64,000 bases of DNA from Candidatus Eiseniibacteriota bacterium. Lineage in GTDB: Bacteria; Eisenbacteria; RBG-16-71-46. Both the position numbers and the translations under genes were made by a program. The notes beneath the pieces are model-generated. The model saw only the letters and a list, made by a program, of their open reading frames with translations, made no database searches and was not told the origin of the DNA. Where the stretch lies: positions 4,826 through 68,825 of the forward strand of contig JANMQY010000060.1 of assembly GCA_031370785.1 (NCBI GenBank), given 5' to 3'. Below, piece after piece: positions 56,378 through 64,000 of the stretch; the first letter of the stretch is position 1, and every line of letters starts with the position of its first letter.

Positions 56378-56424
56378 GACCGATGCGCGCTCGAGCCGAA
56401 ACGCCTCCACCTTAAGGGGACTTC

Positions 56425-57177
56425 GTGATCCAGGTCGTGTGCATCAAGCAGGTGGCCGACACCGAGACCCGCGTGAAGGTGGCAGCCGATGGCAAGAGCC
56501 TCGACCCCGCGGGCGTCACCTGGATTCTGAATCCCTATGACGAGTTCGCGGTCGAGCAGGCGCTTCGCGTCAAGGAGCAGCTCGGCGCCGGCGAGGTGAT
56601 CGCGATCTCGCTTGGAGGCGCCGGCGTTCCGACCACGCTTCGCAGCGTGCTCGCGATGGGCGCGGATCGCGCGATCCATCTGAAGGCCGACGGCCCGGCG
56701 CCGGACTCGCTGCAGGTGGCACGAGCTCTCGCCACCGAGATCGCACCGCTTGGCGCGGGACTGGTGTGGCTCGGCAAGCAGGCGGTGGACGACGATGCCG
56801 CGCAGGTCGGACCCATGCTCGCCGAGTTGCTGCATCTGCCGTGCGTGACGGTGGTCGCGAGCTTCGAGCTGGCGGGCGATCGTGCGAAGGTCGAGCGCGA
56901 GATCGAGGGCGGCCGAGAGGTCGTCGAAGTCACCCTTCCCGCCGTGCTCACCGCGGACAAGGGACTCAACGAGCCGCGCTACGCCTCGCTCAAGGGCATC
57001 ATGGCCGCGAAGAAGAAGACCATCGACGAGAAGCCGGCCGCTCTCGGAGAGCCCAACCTCGAGGTCAAGTCGCTGGCGCTGCCGCCTGCGCGTTCGGCCG
57101 GACGCATCGTCGGCAAGGGCATCGAAGCGGTGCCCGAGCTGGTGCGGCTGCTGCGCGAAGAAGCGAAGGTGATCTGA
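56425..57177 (+). CDS. etfB: electron transfer flavoprotein beta subunit
   Basis: MIQVVCIKQVADTETRVKV...ILNPYDEFAVEQALRVKE is canonical EtfB. Confidence 0.85.
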   Translation: MIQVVCIKQVADTETRVKVAADGKSLDPAGVTWILNPYDEFAVEQALRVKEQLGAGEVIAISLGGAGVPTTLRSVLAMGADRAIHLKADGPAPDSLQVARALATEIAPLGAGLVWLGKQAVDDDAAQVGPMLAELLHLPCVTVVASFELAGDRAKVEREIEGGREVVEVTLPAVLTADKGLNEPRYASLKGIMAAKKKTIDEKPAALGEPNLEVKSLALPPARSAGRIVGKGIEAVPELVRLLREEAKVI

Positions 57178-58154
57178 TGAGCATCCTGGTTTTCATCGAG
57201 CAACGCGAGGGTCGCGTCCGTCCCGTGTCGCGCGAAGCGCTCGGCGAAGCGACGCGACTGGCAGCAACCCTGGGCGGGCCGGTCGTGGGTGTGTGCGCGG
57301 CCTCCGCGGATCCGGGACTCGCGGCGCTCGGCGCTGCAGGCGCCGACAAGGTGCTGCTCGCGACGGGTCCGCGCTTCGAGTGGTACGACGCCGAGGCCAT
57401 GACCGCGGCGGTCGTCGCCGCGATCGAATCGCTCGAGCCCGATCTGGTGCTGTTCGCCGCCTCGGCGATGGGCAAGGACCTCTCGCCGCGCGTCGCGGCC
57501 AGGATCGGCGTGGGGCTGGCCTCGGATTGCACCGCGCTCACCCCGCAGGGCGGAACGCTGCTCGCGAGCCGACCGGTGTTTGCGGGCAAGGCGCTCCAGA
57601 CCGTGCGCTTCCCGCGCAAGCCGGCGATGGCGTCGCTCAGGCCGAAGGTGTTCGCGACCATCACCCGCGAAGGCGCGACCACCCCGGTCGAGCGGCTGGT
57701 CGTGGCGCTCGATGCCGCGCCGTCGCGCGCCCGCGTCACGAGCGTGGTCGCGGCCTCGGGCGGCAAGACCGACCTGACCGAGTCCGAGATCATCGTGTCG
57801 GGTGGACGCGGGCTCAAGGGGCCCGAGCATTTCGATCTGGTCGAGAATCTCGCCGCGGCGCTCGGCGCGACCGTGGGCGCTTCGCGCGCGGTCGTGGATG
57901 CCGGGTGGCGCCCGCACGCGGATCAGGTCGGACAGACCGGCAAGACGGTTTCGCCCAAGCTGTACGTGGCGGTTGGAATCTCGGGAGCGATTCAGCACCT
58001 CGCGGGCATGTCGTCCTCGCGATGCATCGTCGCGATCAACAAGGATCCCGATGCGCCGATCTTCAAGGTCGCGGACTACGGTCTGGTCGGCGACCTGTTC
58101 GAAGTGGTGCCGGCGCTCACCGAGGCGGTGCAGAAGCTCAACGCGCACGTCTGA
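57177..58154 (+). CDS. etfA: electron transfer flavoprotein alpha subunit
   Basis: MSILVFIEQREGRV..., and the FAD-binding C-terminus LYVAVGISGAIQHLAGM...VAINKDPDAPIF. Its ATG overlaps the etfB stop. Confidence 0.85.
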   Translation: MSILVFIEQREGRVRPVSREALGEATRLAATLGGPVVGVCAASADPGLAALGAAGADKVLLATGPRFEWYDAEAMTAAVVAAIESLEPDLVLFAASAMGKDLSPRVAARIGVGLASDCTALTPQGGTLLASRPVFAGKALQTVRFPRKPAMASLRPKVFATITREGATTPVERLVVALDAAPSRARVTSVVAASGGKTDLTESEIIVSGGRGLKGPEHFDLVENLAAALGATVGASRAVVDAGWRPHADQVGQTGKTVSPKLYVAVGISGAIQHLAGMSSSRCIVAINKDPDAPIFKVADYGLVGDLFEVVPALTEAVQKLNAHV

Positions 58155-58207
58155 AATGCGCGCAGCTCGATTCGCGCGCCGGCACGGTCGGCGGCGCGCC
58201 GCGCGGC

Positions 58208-58236
58208 TTGACGGTCGCGCGCTCGGACCGTAGGGT
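58208..58236 (+). promoter_or_regulatory. sigma70-like promoter candidate for the nuo operon
   Basis: TTGACG, 17 nt (gtcgcgcgctcggaccg), then TAGGGT, about 60 nt upstream of the nuoA start. Confidence 0.3.
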
Positions 58237-58296
58237 GCAGTGCCCGCGCGGACACTGGTCCGAGCGTCTGATGCATGGCCGATTCTGAGGAGCGTC

Positions 58297-58650
58297 GTGC
58301 GCGAATACCTGCCGGTACTCCTGTTCTTCATCGTCGCCGCGGCGTTCGCGGGTGGCACCATCGGACTGTCCACGATCATCGTGCCGCGCCGCCGCAACGC
58401 CGTGAAGAATTCGGCGTACGAGTGTGGCGTCGAGCCGGTCGGAGACGCGCGCTCGCGTTTCTCGATCAAGTTCTACATGGTCGCGGTGCTGTTCATCCTC
58501 TTCGACATCGAGGCGGTGTTCCTCTACCCGTGGGCGGTCACGTTTCGCCAGCTCGGGTTGTACGGGCTCATCGAGATGATCCTGTTCATCGCGGTCCTGC
58601 TGGTGGGCTACGTGTACCTGCTGAAGAAGCGGGCGCTCGAATGGGAATGA
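58297..58650 (+). CDS. nuoA: NADH-quinone oxidoreductase subunit A
   Basis: AGGAG-cgtc-GTG. The product [25 protein letters not shown]...YECG...FDIE is canonical NuoA. Confidence 0.85.
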   Translation: MREYLPVLLFFIVAAAFAGGTIGLSTIIVPRRRNAVKNSAYECGVEPVGDARSRFSIKFYMVAVLFILFDIEAVFLYPWAVTFRQLGLYGLIEMILFIAVLLVGYVYLLKKRALEWE

Positions 58651-58696
58651 CCCCGCCGCGCGGTACGCGCCACCAGAGTCGGCAGCAGGAGTTCGC

Positions 58697-59362
58697 ATGA
58701 CCGATCCCAGGCCAACCAATCCGTTCCGTCCGCTCGGCGGGCCGGCCCCGGCGCCGGTCGTGCCGGTCTCGGACCTGCTTTCGCCCAGGACCGAGGACGA
58801 TCTGCTGCGCGAGGAGGTCGAGCGCGGCGTCCTGTTCACCACGTTCGAGGGCATGGCCAACTGGGCGGTCAACCAGTCGCGCGTGAATGCGATCTGGCCG
58901 CTCGGCTTCGGACTCGCGTGCTGCGCGATCGAAATGATGGCGATCGCCGGCCCGCGCTTCGACATCTCGCGCTTCGGCGCGGAGGTGTTCCGCGGCTCGC
59001 CGCGCCAGGCCGACCTCATGATCGTCGCCGGCCGCGTGAGCGTGAAGATGGCGCCGGTGCTGCGTCAGCTGTACGACCAGATGCCGGATCCGAAGTGGGT
59101 GATCTCGATGGGCGCGTGCGCGTCGTGCGGCGGCGTGTTCAACAACTACGCGATCCTGCAGGGCGTGGACAAGATCGTGCCGGTGGACGTCTACGTGCCC
59201 GGCTGCCCGCCGCGTCCCGAGGCGCTGATCCACGGCATCATGAAACTTCAGGAGAAGATCCTCGCCTCGTCGGTCGAGATCGGCACGCTCAAGCTCCGCC
59301 CGCGCAAGAGCTCGAAGACTCCGAAGACCCAGAAGAGCTCGAAGCAGAAGGGCGCTGCGTGA
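58697..59362 (+). CDS. nuoB: NADH-quinone oxidoreductase subunit B
   Basis: [10 protein letters not shown]...GACASCGG...CPPRPE Fe-S motifs. The C-terminal Lys-rich tail is unusual but in frame. Confidence 0.9.
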   Translation: MTDPRPTNPFRPLGGPAPAPVVPVSDLLSPRTEDDLLREEVERGVLFTTFEGMANWAVNQSRVNAIWPLGFGLACCAIEMMAIAGPRFDISRFGAEVFRGSPRQADLMIVAGRVSVKMAPVLRQLYDQMPDPKWVISMGACASCGGVFNNYAILQGVDKIVPVDVYVPGCPPRPEALIHGIMKLQEKILASSVEIGTLKLRPRKSSKTPKTQKSSKQKGAA

Positions 59363-59925
59363 TGGAGCTGGCTCCCGAGCGTATCGAACAGCGGCTGAGG
59401 GAGCGCTTCCCGGAGATGCCGCTGCGCCGCCAGACCGGCGAGGCAGTGCGCGACTTCACGCTGTTCGTGCCCGGCGCCCGGCTGGTCGAGGTCTGTACTT
59501 TCCTGCGCGACGATCCCGAGCTCGATTTCGCGATGCTCTCCTGGATCGGTGGGGTCGACTACCTGCCGCGCGAGCCGCGCTTCGAGGTGGTCTACGGCCT
59601 GCTCTCGCTCTCGGCCAACGCGCGCCTCCACCTCAAGGTCGAAGTGCTCGAAGAGAATCCGCGCGTGCCGAGCGTGGTCGGAGTGTGGCCGACCGCGAAC
59701 TGGCACGAGCGCGAGACCTACGACTTCTACGGGATCGAGTTCACCGGGCATCCCGACCTCACGCGCATCCTGCTGCCCGACGACTGGGTGGGCTGGCCGC
59801 TGCGCAAGGATTCGCCGCTCGGATACGAAGAGGTCGCGTTCACGCACAACACGCCGAAACGCACCAAGCCCGCGCCCTCGCTCACGCGCCTCAAGCCGAA
59901 GAAGGTGACCTACCGTGCGCAGTGA
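59362..59925 (+). CDS. nuoC: NADH-quinone oxidoreductase subunit C
   Basis: ERETYDFYGIEFTGHPDLTRILLPDDW signature. Its ATG overlaps the nuoB TGA. Confidence 0.85.
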   Translation: MELAPERIEQRLRERFPEMPLRRQTGEAVRDFTLFVPGARLVEVCTFLRDDPELDFAMLSWIGGVDYLPREPRFEVVYGLLSLSANARLHLKVEVLEENPRVPSVVGVWPTANWHERETYDFYGIEFTGHPDLTRILLPDDWVGWPLRKDSPLGYEEVAFTHNTPKRTKPAPSLTRLKPKKVTYRAQ

Positions 59926-61093
59926 GACCATGACCCTGAACATGGGTCCGCAGCACCCCTCGACGCACGGTGTGCTGCGGGTCGCGCTCGAGCTCGACGG
60001 CGAGAACGTGGTGCGGGCGAAACCGATCATCGGCTACCTCCACACCGGCATGGAGAAGCAGGCCGAGTACAAGACCTACACCCAGTCCATTCCGCAGACC
60101 GACCGGATGGACTACCTGGCGCCGATGAGCAACAACCTCGCGCTGTGCCTCGCGGCCGAGAAGCTGGTCGGGATCGAGGCACCGCCACGCGCGCAGGCGA
60201 TCCGCGTGCTGCTCACCGAGCTCACGCGCATCAGCGCCCACTGCGTCTGGCTCGGAACGCACGCGATCGACATCGGCGCGATGACCGTGTTCTGGTACTG
60301 CTTCCGCGAGCGCGAGAAGGTCCTGTCGATCTACGACCAGGTGTGCGGCGCGCGCATGACCGCTTCGTACTTCCGGGTTGGCGGGCTCGCGATGGACATT
60401 CCTGCAGGATTCCTCGACCGCTGCGAGAAGTTCGTGGACGAGATGCCGGCGCACGTCGACGAGTACGAGAGCCTGCTGACCAAAAACCCGATCTGGCTCG
60501 CGAGGCTCAAGGGCGTGGCGACGCTCTCGGCGCGCGATGCGGTCGCGCTGGGCGCGACCGGCCCGACGCTGCGCGGCTCCGGGGTCAAGTGGGACCTGCG
60601 CAAGGCCCAGCCCTACTCGGGCTACGAGAGCTACGACTTCGACGTGCCGGTCGGAGCGGTGGGAGACGCCTACGATCGCTACCAGGTGCGCGTCGCCGAG
60701 ATGCGCGAGTCCACGCGCATCGCCAAGCAGGCCGTGCAACGCCTGCGCGAACTGGGGCCGGGACTTTATCGCGTGCGCGACTTCAAGTACGTGCTGCCTC
60801 CCAAGGAAGAGGTGAAGACCTCGATGGAGGCGCTCATCCACCATTTCAAGATCGTGGCGCACGGATTCTTCCCGCCGGTGGGCGAGGCGTATCAGGCGGT
60901 CGAGGCGCCCAAGGGCGAGCTCGGCTTCTACTTCGTCTCCGACGGAACGCCGCGGCCGTGGCGCATGAAGGTGCGTTCCCCGTCGTTCGTGAACCTGCAG
61001 ACGCTGCCGACGATGGTCGCGGGACGCCTGGTGGCGGACGTGATCGTTGCGATCGGCAGCCTCGACATCGTGCTCGGGGAGATCGATCGGTGA
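59915..61093 (+). CDS. nuoD: NADH-quinone oxidoreductase subunit D
   Basis: TLNMGPQHPSTHGVLRV...; the alternative ATG at 59930 (MTLNMG) is equally plausible. It is a separate gene from nuoC, not a fusion. Confidence 0.9.
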   Translation: MRSETMTLNMGPQHPSTHGVLRVALELDGENVVRAKPIIGYLHTGMEKQAEYKTYTQSIPQTDRMDYLAPMSNNLALCLAAEKLVGIEAPPRAQAIRVLLTELTRISAHCVWLGTHAIDIGAMTVFWYCFREREKVLSIYDQVCGARMTASYFRVGGLAMDIPAGFLDRCEKFVDEMPAHVDEYESLLTKNPIWLARLKGVATLSARDAVALGATGPTLRGSGVKWDLRKAQPYSGYESYDFDVPVGAVGDAYDRYQVRVAEMRESTRIAKQAVQRLRELGPGLYRVRDFKYVLPPKEEVKTSMEALIHHFKIVAHGFFPPVGEAYQAVEAPKGELGFYFVSDGTPRPWRMKVRSPSFVNLQTLPTMVAGRLVADVIVAIGSLDIVLGEIDR

Positions 61094-61614
61094 GAAGCGC
61101 GTCCACCTCGAACGGCACCCTGATCGATCCGGCCGGGCTGGCGCCATTGCGCATCTCGGACGCCGCCAGGTCCGAGATCGCTCAGGGTTTGACGCGCTAT
61201 CCGAACCGCCGCTCCGCGATCCTGCCGGTGCTGTGGGCTCTGCAGCGCGAGCTGGGCTGGCTCTCTCCGGCCGCGCTGCGTTACGCGGCGCAGACGGTCG
61301 AGCTGCCGGACCCCGAGGTGTTCGGGATCGCCACGTTCTACACCATGTTCAACCTCGCGCCGGTGGGACGCCATCACCTGCAGGTGTGCATGACGCTGTC
61401 GTGCTCGTTGATGGGCTCGGACCGGCTGTTCCGCCACCTCGAAAAGAAGCTCGGCATTGGCCACGGCGAGACCACGCCGGACGGGCGCTTCACGCTGCGC
61501 CGCGTCGAGTGCCTCGCGGCGTGCGGCGGCGCGCCGTGCATGCAGGTGAATTTCGACTACCACGAGAACCTCGATGAGGCCGCGACCGACCGGCTGCTGG
61601 AGACCCTGAAGTGA
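61090..61614 (+). CDS. nuoE: NADH-quinone oxidoreductase subunit E
   Basis: Its GTG overlaps the nuoD stop (GTGA). It has the thioredoxin-like 2Fe-2S motifs CMTLSC...CLAACGGAP. Confidence 0.85.
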   Translation: MRSASTSNGTLIDPAGLAPLRISDAARSEIAQGLTRYPNRRSAILPVLWALQRELGWLSPAALRYAAQTVELPDPEVFGIATFYTMFNLAPVGRHHLQVCMTLSCSLMGSDRLFRHLEKKLGIGHGETTPDGRFTLRRVECLAACGGAPCMQVNFDYHENLDEAATDRLLETLK

Positions 61615-62927
61615 GAGGCCCGCTGCTGTTCAAGGACATCGACACGCCGGGGCTGGCGGCGATCGCGACCTATCGCGCCGGCGGCGGCTACGAGCCGCTC
61701 ACCTCGACCCTCGGCGCGAAGAGTCCCGACGAGTGCATCGAGATCGTGAAGGCTTCCGGGCTTCGCGGGCGCGGCGGCGCCGGATTCCCGACCGGACTCA
61801 AGTGGAGCTTCGTGCCGAAGAATTCGCCGAAGCCCAAGTACCTGGTGTGCAACGCGGACGAGAGCGAGCCCGGCACGTTCAAGGATCGCGAGCTGATGGA
61901 GAAGAACCCTCATCTGCTGATCGAGGGAATGATCCTGTCGGCTTACGCGTTCAACGCGAACACCGGATACATCTACCTGCGCGGTGAGTTCGAGTACATC
62001 CAGCGCATTCTCGACAGCGCGATTGCCGAGGCGCGCGCCGCCGGCTTCCTCGGCGATCGCGTCGCCGGCACCGGCTTTCGCTTCGAGCTGTACACGCACC
62101 TTGGCGCGGGCGCGTATATCTGCGGCGAGGAGACCGCGCTCTTGAGCTCGCTCGAGGGTTACCGCGGCCAGCCGCGGCTCAAGCCTCCGTTCCCCGCGGT
62201 CGAGGGCCTCTACGCGTGCCCGACCGTGGTCAACAACACCGAGACGCTGATGAACGTGCCGCACATCCTGAAGCATGGCGCAGCGTGGTACCGGCAATGG
62301 GGCACCGAGAAGAGCCCGGGCACCAAGATCCTCAGCGTTTCCGGTCCGGTGAAGAAGCCGGGCAACTACGAGGTCGCGCTCGGGCTGCCGCTGCGCCGCC
62401 TGATCGAAGAGCAGTGCGGCGGCATGCGCGAAGGCGTGAAGGTGAAGGCGGTGATCCCGGGCGGCTCCTCGGTGCCGCTCCTGCCCGCATCGCTGCTCGA
62501 CACCGGGCTCGACTACGAGTCCATGAACGCGGTGGGGACCTATCTCGGTTCGGGCGGCGTGATCGTGATCGACGACCGGACCTGCATCGTGGACGCGATG
62601 TACAACGTGACGCGCTTCTACGAGCACGAATCGTGCGGCAAGTGCACGCCGTGCCGCGAAGGCACCTACTGGATGAGCGAAGTGTTCGAGCGCCTCGAAA
62701 CCGGCAAGGGCCGGCCCGGCGACGTGGATCTGCTGGCCGACGTCTCGGACAACATCCTGGGCAAGTCGTTCTGCGCGCTCGGCGACGCGGCGGCCATGCC
62801 GGTGCTCGGCGCGATCAAGCACTTCCGTGAGGAGTTCGACCACCACGTCACGCACGGACGCTGTCTCGTGAACCGACGCGTCGAGGAGATCGCGGCGGGC
62901 GCGGGCGCGGTGGGAGCGCGGGCGTGA
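61611..62927 (+). CDS. nuoF: NADH-quinone oxidoreductase subunit F
   Basis: GRGGAGFPTGLKW (FMN site) and the 4Fe-4S motif ESCGKCTPCREG. Its GTG overlaps the nuoE stop. Confidence 0.9.
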   Translation: MRGPLLFKDIDTPGLAAIATYRAGGGYEPLTSTLGAKSPDECIEIVKASGLRGRGGAGFPTGLKWSFVPKNSPKPKYLVCNADESEPGTFKDRELMEKNPHLLIEGMILSAYAFNANTGYIYLRGEFEYIQRILDSAIAEARAAGFLGDRVAGTGFRFELYTHLGAGAYICGEETALLSSLEGYRGQPRLKPPFPAVEGLYACPTVVNNTETLMNVPHILKHGAAWYRQWGTEKSPGTKILSVSGPVKKPGNYEVALGLPLRRLIEEQCGGMREGVKVKAVIPGGSSVPLLPASLLDTGLDYESMNAVGTYLGSGGVIVIDDRTCIVDAMYNVTRFYEHESCGKCTPCREGTYWMSEVFERLETGKGRPGDVDLLADVSDNILGKSFCALGDAAAMPVLGAIKHFREEFDHHVTHGRCLVNRRVEEIAAGAGAVGARA

Positions 62928-64000
62928 GCGCGACCGTGAGGGTGAACATCAACGGACGCGCGATCGAAGTGCCGGCCGGCACGCTGGTGACCGATGCGGC
63001 GCGCGTGGCCGAGGTGCACGTCCCGATCTTCTGCTCGCACGCGAAGCTCCCGCCGCTCGGAGCGTGCCGCATCTGCGTCGTCGAGATCGGGGTGCCCAGG
63101 CTCGGTCCCGATCGGAAGCCGGTGTTCGGACCCGACGGCGCTCCTGAAATCGCATGGATGCCCAAGGTCCAGACCGGCTGCACCACGGCCGTCACCGACG
63201 GCATGCACGTGCGCACCGAGTCTCCGGTGGCGATCCAGGCGCGCAAGGGTGTGATGGAGTTCCTGCTGGTCAACCATCCGCTCGACTGCCCGGTGTGCGA
63301 CGAGGGCGGCGAGTGCCAGCTCCAGGACCTCGCGTTTGCGTTCGGTGCGGACTTCTCGCGCATGTCCGACGCCAAGCGCACGTTCGTCTCCGAGGATCTC
63401 GGGCCGATCGTCAAGAAGGAAGCGAATCGCTGCATCGTGTGCATGCGCTGCGTGCGCTACTGCGACGAAGTGATGGGCGACGACGCGCTGACCGCGCACC
63501 AGCGCGGCGTGCGCACCGAGATCTCCTCGTTCAACCGCCAGCCGCTCGAGTGCGAGCAGTGCGGCAACTGCATCGAGGTGTGTCCGGTCGGTGCGCTGAC
63601 CGCGCTGCCGTACCGCTTCCAGGCGCGGCCGTGGGACCTGCGCCAGCACATCACGGTGTGCCCGTACTGCTCGAACGGCTGCTCGGTGCGCCTCGGAGTG
63701 CGCGGCATGGAGATCCTGCGCGCGCGCGGGACCGAGTACCGGGGCGTGAACGAGGAGTACCTGTGCGTGCGCGGACGCTTCGGCTACGAATTCGTGAACA
63801 GCGCCGACAGACTGACCAGCCCCCTGCTGCGCGTGGGCGGCGCGCTGTCTCCGGCCGGATTCGACGAGGCGTCGACCTACGCGGCGGCGCGGCTCAAGGA
63901 GGTCGCGGCGACTCACGGCCCCGGTGCGATCGCGTTTCTCGGCGGCGAGAAGCTGAATCTCGAAGAGCAGTACCTCATGCAGAAGCTGGCGCGCGCCGTG
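62924..64000 (+). CDS. nuoG: NADH-quinone oxidoreductase subunit G (N-terminal part; continues beyond window end)
   Basis: 2Fe-2S ferredoxin-like N-terminus (CSHAKLPPLGACRICVVE) followed by CxxCxxxC...C clusters. Its GTG overlaps the nuoF stop. Confidence 0.85.
   Translation, partial: MSATVRVNINGRAIEVPAGTLVTDAARVAEVHVPIFCSHAKLPPLGACRICVVEIGVPRLGPDRKPVFGPDGAPEIAWMPKVQTGCTTAVTDGMHVRTESPVAIQARKGVMEFLLVNHPLDCPVCDEGGECQLQDLAFAFGADFSRMSDAKRTFVSEDLGPIVKKEANRCIVCMRCVRYCDEVMGDDALTAHQRGVRTEISSFNRQPLECEQCGNCIEVCPVGALTALPYRFQARPWDLRQHITVCPYCSNGCSVRLGVRGMEILRARGTEYRGVNEEYLCVRGRFGYEFVNSADRLTSPLLRVGGALSPAGFDEASTYAAARLKEVAATHGPGAIAFLGGEKLNLEEQYLMQKLARAV

Noticed and set aside
56090-56410. 106-aa minus ORF in the long etfB upstream region
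   Set aside because: It is Arg-rich and low-complexity, has no SD, and overlaps predicted regulatory palindromes.

Overview
This is a high-GC (about 68-70%), gene-dense bacterial chromosomal segment. I found no rRNA, tRNA, CRISPR array or intact mobile element. Several gene families (a DUF2911 secreted protein, a PorV/PorQ-like barrel, FlgD-Ig-like C-terminal sorting domains, prepilin-type proteins) suggest a Gemmatimonadota- or FCB-like lineage, but that is an inference.

On start-codon choice: many long ORFs in the supplied track are over-extended or are antisense shadows, because stop codons are rare at this GC content. I re-placed starts using signal peptides, Shine-Dalgarno motifs and family-typical N-termini, with coordinates anchored to the ORF-track frames.

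Main content, start to end:
- An ABC-F ATPase (partial) and an M13 metallopeptidase.
- A lipoprotein next to an approximately 890-aa all-coiled-coil protein.
- A DUF2911 secreted protein, a HAD hydrolase, a DsbA-like protein, an aldo/keto reductase, an SGNH hydrolase and an SDR.
- A decayed type IV pilus locus: prepilin peptidase, PilA-like pilin, a minor pilin that appears to start at CTG, a GspG/PilA-like prepilin, and a frameshifted/deleted pilC remnant.
- An operon of secreted cell-surface proteins: two FN3-repeat proteins (one with a FlgD-Ig-like sorting domain) and a PorV/PorQ-like barrel fused to a Pro/Ala/Lys-rich repeat linker and a LysM domain.
- A 2-oxoacid dehydrogenase operon in the unusual order E1beta - ABM-domain protein - E2 - E1alpha.
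- mntR with a DtxR-box-like operator, an NRAMP MntH fused to a USP domain, and a CDF transporter.
- A MacA/MacB-like adaptor and permease pair with no ATPase gene nearby.
- A secreted HEXXH protease with a sorting domain, and a GT39/methyltransferase/AMP-ligase cluster.
- An MFS transporter, and an outer-membrane barrel with two half-ABC exporters under an XRE-cupin regulator.
- A 2-hydroxyacid-dehydrogenase / MobA-like / PLP-decarboxylase cassette and two tandem XRE-cupin regulators.
- etfBA, then nuoABCDEFG (partial at the window end).

Notable oddities:
- Two genes whose only plausible initiation codon is CTG, each preceded by a strong SD.
- Two remnants of thiol-redox genes (a thioredoxin-like and a peroxiredoxin fragment).
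- An unusually long (about 625 bp) structured intergenic region upstream of etfB.
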